Part shown: piece by piece, positions 11,318-24,535 of the stretch | How positions within the stretch are numbered: the stretch's first letter is position 1 | Layout: each line of letters starts with the position of its first letter | NCBI RefSeq assembly: GCF_000485595.1 | Contig: NW_014577072.1 | Span: 1,050,978-1,114,977 of the forward strand | Source: Priapulus caudatus | Taxonomy: Eukaryota | DNA length: 64,000 nucleotides | Direction of reading: 5' to 3' | Notes under the pieces: generated by a model | Database searches by the model: none | Told to the model about the DNA's origin: nothing | The model's input: only the letters and a program-made list of their open reading frames with translations | Program-made: the position numbers and the translations under genes

Positions 11318-12301
11318 GGCAGCGCAAGTGAAAGTGCCGTTATCACCGCCGCATTGTTTATGACCTACTGTTCTCATTCGGCTAGAAAGCGACAGTGACT
11401 CGTGTGGCACATGAGCGACTAGAAGAGACGTGCACCCGGAAGCTTGAAGAGAGTGAACGTAAAAAACAGCCACGGGCAGGATGGTGCCTATAACTCTCGG
11501 CTGTTACGGTTCTAGTTGAAGAAACTATGCACGGATGTTGTTGAAAACTCGGCTCTCTTCTCGAACGTGACCCTGTTTTCAATAGTCCATTCCTGGTTTT
11601 ACCAGTGCTCAATCGCCGCCACTACCACCCGCACACTTGTCCGCCAGATGGACTCGCTGAACATTAGGGTTCTCGTGCAAAATACACTGTAGCGTTGAAA
11701 TGCTTCACACATATTAAAACTGTCTTTCGCTAAGCGAAAACGTGGCAATTAGTCACCGGTGCCAATTGTAACATTTTTAATACAAAAACCTTCCTTGTAA
11801 ATGTCTATACGCTTTTATAAGTGTCATATAATTTTATGCGAATTTTCAACGGTAGACGTTCGTGCGTACCTATTTACATTTAAATAGGTGTACATTTATT
11901 AATTATTTATTAATTTAGGTGTACATTTTAAGCGCATGGCAACGATGCTATAAAGTACAACAAAACATGCAGTCTCACAAGGCAGAGCCATGTTTGGTGG
12001 TCGCGCATAATTTCACGACCGTATACGTGTCCTTGGCGTTGTCCAGCACAGACGGGGCGCTGTCGGCGCACGTATATACTGACTACTACACGTATCATGG
12101 GTGTGATCCCAATTAGCTAAGCATGCGGTAGCCGCGAACGTTTCCCGAGTGGCATACTTTAATTCTTATCTGCCGCCACCCTTCGTTTTCGACATGGCAC
12201 GCTACCTTGGGAATAACGCGCTGGTTTCCCGCCGAGGGACAATGGTCGCATGTCACGTAGATACGCGGTTCGATGACGGTCGGGGCCTGTCTTGTCTACG
12301 G

Positions 12302-12358
12302 TAGCTCTAGTAACTATAGCCCGCGTACGCCGTACGCGGGCTATAGTTACTAGAGCTA
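12302..12358. mobile_element. 57-bp perfect hairpin element with TAG..CTA ends and 9-bp TSD
   Basis: tagctctagtaactatagcccgcgtacg-c-cgtacgcgggctatagttactagagcta; tgtctacgg at 12293-12301 and 12359-12367. Confidence 0.85.
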
Positions 12359-13762
12359 TGTCTACGGCAGAAGAATGAGGCTTTGTACGGTGCTGAACTG
12401 TGATTACCATCATTTGATGAAGCGACCGTGTCAGTGTTAGAACGTATAAACGACCAGGTTTTGCCAAGGTTAGTGAATGTCAATGCCAATGTCAACTGAT
12501 GCTGGGAACGGCAGTGTTTGCGCTCGATCACGGCTATAAACGTCATCAATGCAATAACATGTCGGAAACGACTAACCAATGTGTGTGTAAATTATCATTG
12601 GATTCAACGACGAATTTTTAGCTTGCGTTCTTCTTTCCGGAGAAATGTCGCGTGTGTTTGTGGCTGCTTCCGTTCTTTTAAAAATGCCACTTTAAAATAT
12701 AATAGTTTAACTTTTCGGCGTTTGTGGGATAAATGTATCGTTCAATCACTATTATTTCCACAGCTAGCGTTGACGTTATTAGAAGGCCTGTATTACGTAC
12801 GTAGTATTGTAACTTTTATTTCAATTTTTAAAAAAGTTTACAGAAAAACTGATTGACAGAATGAAACAGACGGACGATAAACGTATATAAATCACGGATG
12901 TCGCTGCGAACCTCTATCTATAGTGGAAATATGCATAATTAAATTAAATCCTGGGTCATGTGATGTTAATTGAGATGTTCTCGGATTTATTGTAAGGCTT
13001 GATAGGCTTGTTCAGGTATTATAGCATATATAATTCCATATTTCGTTTGATTTGTACTTTCAGGATGAACTTTAAAAAATGTTCTCCTTTTTAAAGAAAA
13101 AGTAGAACAGGAAAATTTGCTGGGGTAGAGTAAGCGTGTGGCTGCAACTGGCTTCCGGTAGTGAAACGGAATTAGATAATACACCGCAGAGCTGATGTCT
13201 GTTTCACGTGATGAAAGCGGCGAGGGCAAACAATGGCGGAGAATATGTTGAGGAGAAGAACGTTGGAGGAGCAGACGATGCCGTGTAATAGATGCTGAAG
13301 CAGACGACAGCGTAGGAGTCGCTGTCGAGAAAGAGGTAGCCACGTGGTGGAGCGCTCTCGCCACCAGACGTATCCCCTTCGTTCCCGCTACACGCGTGTA
13401 CTTGTAGGGCCGCCACAGAGGTAGCCCGACCAAGGCTCTACGACTGTGTCACGTTGTAGGGCCTGTTCTCGCCACGTAGTGAGCAGCGAAGAAGGTGACT
13501 TGTGGCTGCCCACATATGTAACTAATTCACTAACAGTGGTAAGGTATATCGATCACGATAAGTTACGGTAAGTTAATAACACAACGCGGTTATATTCAGC
13601 GCGACAAATTGGAATTGATCTAGTTTTATATACTCGGTACTATATGTGTCTTCGAATTCTAAGGTATACCATCCACGTATGTGTGCGTGCGTGCGTGCGT
13701 GTGTGTACGTGTGTAGGTACGCGCGCGAGTGTCGGCTATGTATTCCAACATATATATATTAC

Positions 13763-13846
13763 CAGGAGTAGATAATAGAAGAATTATCTACTCTTATCTA
13801 CTCTTATCTACTCTTGTCTACTCTTATCTTCTATTATCTACTCCTG
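13763..13846. mobile_element. Micro-foldback, P/Galileo-like (7-bp TSD)
   Basis: caggagtagataatagaaga...tcttctattatctactcctg with internal atctactctt repeats; atattac on both sides. Confidence 0.8.
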
Positions 13847-14010
13847 ATATTACCTATATAGCGTGGAACACTGGCACAACCTCCGCTAGTTGGCCAGCAG
13901 GTAAACTGTAAGGTGAAGGTCTTTTAGTTTTCCAATAAACGGGACCTTAATAATTATATATTTTATTCCCGGCGTCGGAGTTAGGTTGCGCGACTAAGTA
14001 CAAACACTAA

Positions 14011-14362
14011 AGGCCGCCGCACACCAGCCGATTTTTACAAACGATGAAGCGATGAAGCGATGAAGCGATGAAACGATGTAGGTGTGCGCGTTCATTTGTA
14101 GACGATTTTATTGTTATCGGGTGATCGTTCCAAAATCAAACATGTTTGATTTTGAACCGATTATTTGGACGCGATTTTGTGGTGTGCGCGTGACCTCAGG
14201 AAAATCGTGTGCGATAAATATTGAACAGCCAATAGCTGAACGTGCCCGTGTCACATGACATTCACCTTGCAGAAATTATCGTAGGTGTGCGCCGCACACC
14301 TACATCGCTTCATCGCTTCATCGCTTCATCGTTTGTAAAAATCGGCTGGTGTGCGGCGGCCT
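14011..14362. mobile_element. Harbinger-like MITE (TAA TSD)
   Basis: About 60-bp TIR aggccgccgcacaccagccgatttttacaaacgatgaagcgatgaagcgatgaagcgatg; TAA on both sides. Confidence 0.88.
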
Positions 14363-14972
14363 TAACGCATGTTTGTCAAGATCCTAAATTTTGGTAAACC
14401 AGTAACTATTCTTAATAAGGCATGTTCTCGCGGCCAATGGAGACGACAGCAGTCACGTCTCGTCGCAATAGGTCACATTCGACGAACGCCATTGAGAGAT
14501 TCAATTGCAGCAATAATCTTACTGTAATTTCCATGTGCGAGCCCGCAGTTAATCGTACAAAGGTAGATGAGGTCTGCGTCCTTGTCATGCCTGAGTACCC
14601 GTTCTAAGGCGGTTAACTCAGCAATGAAACTTGTAAGTGGAGCCAGTCTAACTCTCTATTCTCAATTATGAAAACTACTCCGCCATACCCATTCTGTCCA
14701 GTAGATTCTCTCAACACCACTAATAACACCGCAGCAGCTATTTGAAGAAGCATTTCAAATAAATGCATAAGCTTGCATGCTCAGTAGAAGGCGAATGCTA
14801 ATTCTCAGGTGAAACACCGTCAGCACATTACTGTATAACGCCTTACGACGTATTAGTATGGCGTATCCTCTTATTTATTTTAGCGAAACAGCGATAACGA
14901 ACGGTTAACTGGCCTTCATGACTTTCATTATCTCAAACGCTTTTAAAAACGAAGTGACTGAAAGGTCGTAAC

Positions 14973-15889
<917 letters not shown>

Positions 15890-17621
15890 GTCGTAACGTG
15901 CGTGTATCAAACCATTGCACATGCGCAAAGCTCGCAATGGAAACGGCTTTCCCCCGCAATGGAAACCATCACCCCCTCAGTTACCTCGGAGCACACGTGA
16001 TACCGTTGGTATTTGGCTTACGCGCATTCCCTGTGAATGTTTAGCTGACGTTTGGTCGTTGGAGTTATGTGCAGTATTATTCTATGAATTTGATACCCTG
16101 CCATCGATCACGTTTTCATATTAGACTAAACCGGCTAAACTTGATTTTGATCTTGAAACTGATCTCTTTATCTTACCACATGTCTATTTTTCCCGTTCCT
16201 CTCGCTCTCTAGCTCTCTCTCGCGCGCTCTTTCTTTCTTTTTTCTTTCTTTCTCCTTTTCTTTCCCTCTCTCTCGTTCTCTATATCTCTCTCCACTACCA
16301 ACAACACCCACCACGTGACGATACCGCTGCTACGGCTACTGATGACGCTGGTGGTGATGTTGATGATGCTGATAATCGTGATGGAAATGGCGACGACGAT
16401 TAAAACGATGATGACGTTGCAGCTCTGCTCACGGGATTGGAATCACAAGAAGCGCCATCCTTGGGCACCAAAACCCATGTCTAGCCAAGCGCATCTCAAC
16501 TAGTCTGTCGCCCTTTATTATTGGCTAGCGTTCCTACCCATTGCACGTATAAATATACTGCTCAGCAGTGCAAACGGTAACGTCGTACACTGACGGTTGT
16601 CTTTAGTGGTAACATCGTCTCTCCTACGATCAGTATATGCTCCTGTGTCTGCAGTGTTCATCGTTCTTGCTTTCAAGACATATATGTTTCGTGCGACGTT
16701 TGGACTAATCATATAGACTCGTAACGCGCACATAGCTCAACGAAGGCGCATATCGTAAGTGTCACATAATTATCTCATAGCAGTCATCACGACTTTGTGT
16801 GTCGGAAGGCATGTTAGAGTTCGTGAATTGCCAATGCACTCTATTATCACAACCCTGTGATAACTTAATGTGGTTAATATAATCAGCTCACGCTACCGAA
16901 TATACGGAATATTTACAAAATAGTACTATATCCTAGCGCGTCTTAGTTATAGCACCTCCTTCGTTTGACAATCAAATCCTATTTAAAATTTTTATTCAGC
17001 GTAAGACATTTTTATTCAGCGTAAGAGGATAATGATAAACAGGTCAAACGAGATTCAGTTTCCTTTCACGGAAAATAATATTTCCATTCCCGCGGTCATG
17101 ATAAATAGCAGTTGTACATAGGATTCAGATACAGTGAGGCCGCAGATTAAATGACAACGAGTTACAGACCAAACAAACATGAAAGGTATTTTTAACCATT
17201 GATACAGTTTTTGAGTAATTACCTCAGTTTAATTGTAGCTGAAAGTAATGCATAGATAGGGATCAGCCAAGTACGTTTAGCCTGAATCTCAAACGCGAAG
17301 CCTAATGGCTCTGTCTGCCTCACATAGGCCTACATAGACATTTCAAGTCATGTCTGTTTGTCAGCGTGAATAATAAGATAAATACTAATATATACTGACC
17401 GAGTATGTTAGTTTGTATTCGTACCGAGCTAATAACTAATTATAAACGTGAAATCTTCTATTCGAGAACAATTAAACTGCCTCTATTTTTAATATGGCTG
17501 AGCTAAACCTGTCAGGAATCTGGTACGTGCGCCAACGCTTGCAATGACTGGGCAACACTTACAGGGTTCCATTGATACGCTGCAATAGTAGGTTACACAT
17601 TGGCTACACATCGGTGCTTAA

Positions 17622-18047
17622 AGGGGGTCGCACACCAGCCGATTTTTCACGCGATTTGATCGGCCCGATAAAAATCAGCCGATATCGGGTAGGTGTGCGC
17701 GTTCATTTGTAGACGATTTTACTTACGATTATTTTTATCGGGTGATCGTTCCAAATCAAACATGTTTGATTTTGAACCGATTATTTTGAAGCGATTTTGT
17801 GTAATCCGACAAGATTTTGTGGTGTGCGCGTGAACTCAGGAAAATCGTCTACGATAAATATTGAACAGCCAATAGCTGAACGTGCCCGTGTCACATGACA
17901 TTTACATTTTATCCTACGTGAAATAGCACATCACACTTTATCGTAGGTGTGCGGGTATTTATCGGAAGGCGTCGCGCTGAGCCGATTTTACAAACGATGA
18001 AGAGATTTTTTAATCGGACCGATTTTTGGGTAGGTGTGCGACGGCCT
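17622..18047. mobile_element. Harbinger-like MITE, same family as 14011-14362
   Basis: Ends agggggtcgcacacc..ggtgtgcgacggcct, TAA on both sides; interior shares about 200 bp with 14080-14290. Confidence 0.85.
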
Positions 18048-20558
18048 TAACGGTGAACGTATACTAGTAATGAATAGTGTAACAACCTAGGCCCTAGTTA
18101 GTACTAAATATGGATTAATTATTTCGTATGCTTAACGATTCAAGTTATTGCAACGACGGCTTAGGTATACACATTAAATTACATGTCATTCAGTATTAGG
18201 GTCACCGCAATAGACGAATGGTTTTGCGCTAAAAAGACGGATGCGTTAGCACGATGTCCTTCAAAATCGTCACACTGTGTTTACCAATGTTATGTTACGA
18301 AATATGCAATACAGCAAAAAAATCACGTTCTACGAGTACGACCGGTTTACAATCGCGGCAGGCAAGCGTGTTTACTCAAAGCGCACGATGCATGCCCGTG
18401 GCCAGGGTTTACTTTAGGTTTCTGCATGCTTGCTGCACGATACTCTACGATATCTTATCTGGATCGATATCGTATTTTGGTGTCCATACTATGAATCCAA
18501 ATCGCCAGTCTAACCGTCAACTAACCGGATGATACGGAGAAACGCCGCTGGATGATCCTATTTCTTACCTTGACGGTTATGTTTGTTGGCATTTTGTGCT
18601 TTGTAAAGAATGCCGTAAAAATCAAAGAGTGTTTACGCCATGTCCGTGACGTCACGCGTATTAGTTAAATTCTTGTCCTTTTCCGCGGAACAGGATGTTG
18701 TGACAAAGTAGGAACCCGCCTGGATGCTCGCGTTGCCAGAGGCACCGGCCGCAGCAAATGACCGTGGCTTATTTGTCGCCACAGCTTCTAGGAAGCAGTT
18801 GACTCGGCAGAGCTCGAGGCTATGACTGACACATAGCATAATTATTTGTAGTCTAATGAAAGGGAAATGTTCTGGGCTGGAGCGAAGAGAAAAGATTTAC
18901 GTAAACTGTAGGCCTACCTACTCGTCAATGAGCCTGCATTGCTGGCTCGATCGCCTGCTTATATTACGCTGCTTATATTATGCTGCTTATTATTATGCGC
19001 GGGCTGGTGGAGAATAATTCAACGCGATATGATCGTATTGATTGTTTGATTGATATATTGATTGATTAATTGATTGATTGATATATCAGAAAGATTGTAA
19101 ATAAGAGAGAAGGAAGAAGAACGCAACGGTCGTGACATTCTTAACCGATGCATTATCCCAACTGCATCTTCAGTTACAGGTTATCGGTTGACAAACCCAG
19201 ATTTCTCTCTAGATTCTATATACCTGTGCACAGTACTCCTTGGGTATGAACAAATATCGTGCTAAAAGCATGCATCTTTCATATGTATTACACTTTGTAG
19301 TATTACACACAAACCGAGCTACGCGTACAGATACTGACTTCGACTAGCAAGCGTTTTAACTTCACCGTGTATACCATTTTGACCGTGAACAACAGATAAG
19401 TATAGTAAGAGACGGATAATTATACAGTGTATTGTATGATTTACACACTTTTGTACGTATGTCCTACAGTCGCACGTAAACCTACTGCCGGTACGTGTTT
19501 CTATACGCATCACTGCTGAAATAAAAACGATTTTCCTCAAAAAACCACGAACGCAACACCGCAGGTAATTTAAACCCAATTCTACGCGTGGCGTAATATG
19601 TTGTCTGTCGAATGCTTCGGGGGAACGTCGGCTTAACGCATACTTGTTAGATCATTCAAGCAGGCCGCTCATGCAATTTGAAATTGCATTATAAAGAATT
19701 TACGGAAATCTTTTTAATAGCACAACGATCACGTGAGTAATAATTATAAATTAGCAAACGTCAACTTCTGCGTGCCGCCGGCATTGCACGAGTGCAACAT
19801 TTGTTTCAAAACATGCTAAAATACAGTCTTTTTTCATTCACACGGATGTGTACCACTTGCGCAGCGGCAGGGTATCGTAAAAGATAAGCGTGGCGAATCT
19901 TGTCGAATAACCAAATCTCTGTTGTAGTTAGTTTGTGATGATAGTGTGAATTTCGATACTGTAACACCTAAAATTCCCTTTGAATTCGAACAGTAATCGT
20001 TCATTACTGACATTTTTTATCTTTGTAAATTTTTCTTTTAAGATTACTACATCAATTTATATTAGGTCTGTGATTAATTAATAATATGACGAAAAGAACG
20101 AAATTAGTGAATATAGGTGTCATTATATCCAAAATAATAAAACAATTATATGACTTATGTGTCAACATTAACGTCTATTGAAATTAATGTGTTAATATAC
20201 GGCACGCTCACTGATGGACACGACATGTAAACTAAACGAGTGGGGGCGTGTTGAGCTCGAATTAGACTAATTCTTATTCTAGTGCCATATCAACCACCCT
20301 TGGCGGGTTGCGCTAGTCTCAGCGCGTACTAGATCTCTAGTAAGATCTTGAATTCTTTTCTGCCTAATCGCACAATAAATTCTTTGTACCTAGTGCGTAC
20401 TACAGCCAGCCGTAGAAAGCGTGGCTGCACATTGTAACTTCGCCCACCACGTTCAACTGCAAGAATATTCGCTTATGTACCGACCGAGGTTGATTACGGT
20501 GCATCCTAATAAGCACGATGTTTCTTATATTTCATATATGCGCATCGCTAAGAAACGT

Positions 20559-20616
20559 CTTGGAGTAATCATTCTGCTGATGATCTCAGAATGATTTTCA
20601 GAATGATTACTCCAAG
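20559..20616. mobile_element. 58-bp hairpin element
   Basis: cttggagtaatcattctg...cagaatgattactccaag, abutting the next element. Confidence 0.65.
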
Positions 20617-20624
20617 GGAACGTC

Positions 20625-20782
20625 CACAGGCACTTGAAGCATATCAACTGTAAGCGCACGGCACCGCCATTGCGCGTACACTAACACATATATATTGTGT
20701 TACTCTTATATATATATATGTGTTAGTGTACGCGCAATGGCGGTGCCGTGCGCTTACAGTTGATATGCTTCAAGTGCCTGTG
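20625..20782. mobile_element. P-like foldback MITE (CACAG ends, 8-bp TSD)
   Basis: About 70-bp perfect arms cacaggcacttgaagcatatcaactgtaagcgcacggcaccgccattgcgcgtacactaacacatatata; ggaacgtc at 20617-20624 and 20783-20790. Confidence 0.88.
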
Positions 20783-21561
20783 GGAACGTCAAGCAACTCG
20801 TGACATTCTCATTGCATAATTTGACTCGCCACTAGTTAAAACGACTTAGCTTCATCACATCGTAGCATTAAATTCAAGTTAAGGTCCCGCGCGAAAAGGC
20901 ACAGTAGGGTCATTGTGTGACTTTAGTTTGCGCCCCATCTTAATCCTATTTTTCCGTCTACATCCAGATAAAAATTGAAGCGAAAAAAAGGCCATCGTCT
21001 GCAGCATTCATCATGGTCCTTGCCACTGGCAAGAAGGCCTCGATCTCTGGTATAATTATTCTATAATGATATCATGACGTGACTTTTTTTTGTCACCATT
21101 ACTTGTGCAAACGTGGATGACCTACGCCGGTTGGTGACCACACTAACGAGTCTTGTGAAATCGAGGGACATGCACGATTAAAGTGTTCAAGCAAAAAGCT
21201 TAATTGAACATAACTTCACGGCAGCCGCTAAATCTAGTGAATCAGAGAGGCCATACGGACAAGGACTTCTCCGAAAATAGCGTACACTCTAGACGTAAAA
21301 TAATTGCATTTAGATATGTATTGAAAGGGGTCGCGTGCATGGGGTTGAAATCGTCGACTGCGCTGCGTATAGCACTATAGCAATTAGCTCCGCGTGAACA
21401 GATCAGTCTTCGTGAAAGGAGACTGCGCCGATAATCTCGCAACCGATCAAGGTTATGCCTGGCGCGCTGTCATATAAGGATAGATCGACCCTGACACGCT
21501 GTCTTAAGACAAGATAACCGTGTCCGTGGTAGTCACGCGACTGCGCGTGAAGAGAGCGTGC

Positions 21562-23206
21562 GGGTGGGTGAGAGATCTACTCGTGTGTATGGGTGGGTGA
21601 GAGATCTACTCGTGTGTATGGGTGGGTGAGAGATCTACTCGTGTGTATGGGTGGGTGAGAGATCTACTCGTGTGTATGGGTGGGATGAGATTCTAGCTCG
21701 TGTGTCTGGGTGAGGTGAAGAGATTCTACTCGTGTGTAATGGGTGGGTGAGAGAATCTACTGCGTGTGTTATGGGTGGGTGAGAGTTCTAGCTCAGTAGT
21801 GTATGAGTGGTGAGTAGTTCTACTCGTGTGTGGAATGGGTGAGAGAAATCTACTCGTAGTGATGGGTGGGTGGTGAGAGATTCAAAGACTACGTGTGTAT
21901 GGGTGGGTAGAGTTCTAAACTGTGTGTGATGGGTGCGGTGGAGATAACTTAAACTCGTGTAGATGCATGGGTGGGTGAAGAGATCTATACTCGTGCTGTA
22001 TGGGTAGAGTCGAGAATCTATCTTGCGTGTGTTATGGGTCTGGGCTGAGAGATCTAGCTTCGTGTGTTATGTTTGTGGGTCTTGTAGAGATTCCTACTCG
22101 TGTGTGATGGGTGGGCTGAGATCTACTCGTGTGTTGTGGGTGGGTTGAGAGTCTACTTTCGTGTGTATGGTGGGTGAGAGATCTACTCGTATATGGTCGT
22201 CTGTGGTGGATGAGTTTTTACCACAGGCTGCGTTGTGTGTGTGCTGTGTGGTGAGAGTTTCTAGTTACCCCCGGCGGGGTGTGTTGTGTGGGCTGAGAGT
22301 TTTTTCCTACTCTCAGGTATGTGTGTGTGTGTGTTGTGATGTTGTTGTGTGTGTGTGTGCTGTGGTGTGTGTTGTATGTGTTGTGTGTCTTGTGTGTCTG
22401 TTGTGTTGTTGTCTCTCTCGTTCTTGTTGTGTGTGTTGTGTTTGTGTGTGTCGTGTGTGGTGTGTGTGTGTGTGAGTTCACTCAGGCTGCGGTGTGTGCT
22501 GTTGTGTGTGTGGTGTTGTGTGTGTTGTGTGTGTGTGTGTGTGTCGTGTGTGGTGTGTGTGTGTGTTGTGTGTGTGTGTGTGGGTGAGAGTTCTACTCTG
22601 GTGCGTGTGTGTGTGGTGTGTGTGTGTGTTGTGTGGTGTGTGTGTGTGTGTGTGTGTGTGTGGCTGTGTTGTATTTGTGTGTGTGTGCTGTGTGTGTGTG
22701 TGTGTGTCGTGTGTTTGTGAGTTCTACCTCTCAGGCTTGTCGTGTGTTGTGTGTTGTGTGTGGTGTGTGTGTTGTGTGTGTGTGTGTGTGTGTGTGTTGT
22801 GTGTGTTGTTATGTGTGGTGTGTGTGTGTGTGTGGGGGTGGGGTGTTGTTGCGGTGAGCAGTTCTACCTGCAGGATGCGTGTGTGTGTGGTGTGTGTGTC
22901 GTGTGTGTGTGTGTGTGTGTGTTTTTGTTTTTTTGCGTGGTGTGTTGTGTGCGTGTGTGTGTGTGGGGGGGGGGGTGGGTGAGACAGGTTCTAAACCTCA
23001 GGGAGGCTGCGTGTGTGTGTGTCGTGGTGTGTGGTGTGTGTGTGTGTGTGTGTGTGGTGTGTGTGTGTGTGGTGTTGGTTGGGTGAGAGTTCTAACGTAG
23101 GCTGCGTGTGTGTGGGTGTGTGTGTGTGTGTGTGTGTGTGTGTTGTGTGTGTGTTGTTGTTTTGTGGTTGTAACCTACCGTAGCTGGCGTGTGTGTGGCT
23201 GTGTGT

Positions 23207-23251
<45 letters not shown>

Positions 23252-24271
23252 GTTCTATCCAGTCAGGGCGCGTGGGTGTTGTGTGTGTGTGGTGGTGTGT
23301 GTGTGTTGTGTGTGGTGTGTTGTGTTGTGTGTGTGTGTGTGGGTGGGTGGTGTGGTTGTGTGTGGTGTGGTGGGAGTCTACATACGGTCAGGCTGCGTGT
23401 GATAGATGTGAGGTGTAGTACGTGGCGCCGCTGTTGTTGTGTGCTTGTTTGTGTGTGTTGTTTGTGTGTGTGTTGTGTGTGTCTGTTGTGTAGGTGTGGT
23501 TGTTGTGTTGTGTGTTGTGTTTGTGTGTGTTTTTTGTGTGTTGTATGTGTGTGTTGTGTCTGTGTGTATGTGTGTGTGTCTCTCTCTCTTGTGTGTGTGT
23601 GTGGTGTATTTGTGTGTGTGAGTTGTGTGTGTGTGTGGTGTGTGTGTGTGTTGTTGTAGTGTTCTACTTCAGGCTGCGTGTGTTGGCTGTGTGTGTTGTG
23701 TGTGTTGTGTGTGTGTGTGTGTGTGATGTGGTGTGTGGTGTGTGTGTGTGTGTGTGTGTGATGCTGGGTGAGAGTTCATACTCAGGCTGCGTGTGCCGTG
23801 TGTGTGTCGTGTGTGTGGTGTGTGTGTGTGGTGGTCGTCTGTGTTGTGTGTGTTGGTCTGGGTGGTGTGTGTGTGTGTGTGTGTGTGAGTTCTACTCGGG
23901 AGGCTGGCGGTGTGTGTTGTGTGTGGGTGGGTGCTGTGTGTGGTGAACGTTTCTCACCTCAGGATGCGTGTGTTGGTGTGGTGTGTGTGTTGTGGTGGTT
24001 GTGTTGTGTGTGTGTTGTCTGATGTAGTAGTGTGTTTGTTGTGAATGCAGTGTGTGTACGCATAGTGTGTGTAGCTGATGATGTGTGGTGTGTGTGATTG
24101 TGTGGTGTGTGTGTGATGATGTAGTGTGGGGGGAGAAGATTCTATATACAGGAACTACGGAGAAAAAATGGGAGGCCCGCCAAGGAAGGAAACAAAAGGG
24201 GAGGAGAAAGGGAAACCCTTCTGCTTTTTGGCGGGCGGGGGCGGGTGGAAGTGTTTGCCTCAGGCGCTGCT

Positions 24272-24353
<82 letters not shown>

Positions 24354-24535
24354 GTGGGTGGGTGAGAGTTTTACCACAGGCTGCCTGTACGAGTGGGCTA
24401 CCTCAAGGTGCGTGTATGGGTGGGTGAGAGTTTTACCTCCGGCGGTGTGTGTGTGGGTGAGAGTTCTACCTTAGGCTGTGTGTGTGTGTGGGTGGGTGAG
24501 AGTTCTACCTCAGGCTGCGTGTACGGGTGGCCATG
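21562..24535. repeat. Minisatellite (29-bp gggtgggtgagagatctactcgtgtgtat) grading into related units (gggtgagagttctacctcaggctgc) separated by (GT)n
   Basis: Perfect 29-bp periodicity 21562-21680; noisy copies to about 22200; GT-expanded variants to 24535. Confidence 0.85.

Noticed and set aside
16270..16420. Acidic or hydrophobic short ORF
   Set aside because: Degenerate GAT/GAC trinucleotide tract with a stop codon and no splice support.
21562..22200. Repeat array superficially like CRISPR (also 55641-56360 and 62438-62630)
   Set aside because: Head-to-tail tandem units without unique spacers, no cas genes, eukaryotic context.
22161..24474. Many Cys/Val- and His/Thr-rich ORFs
   Set aside because: Translations of (GT)n/(CA)n repeats.
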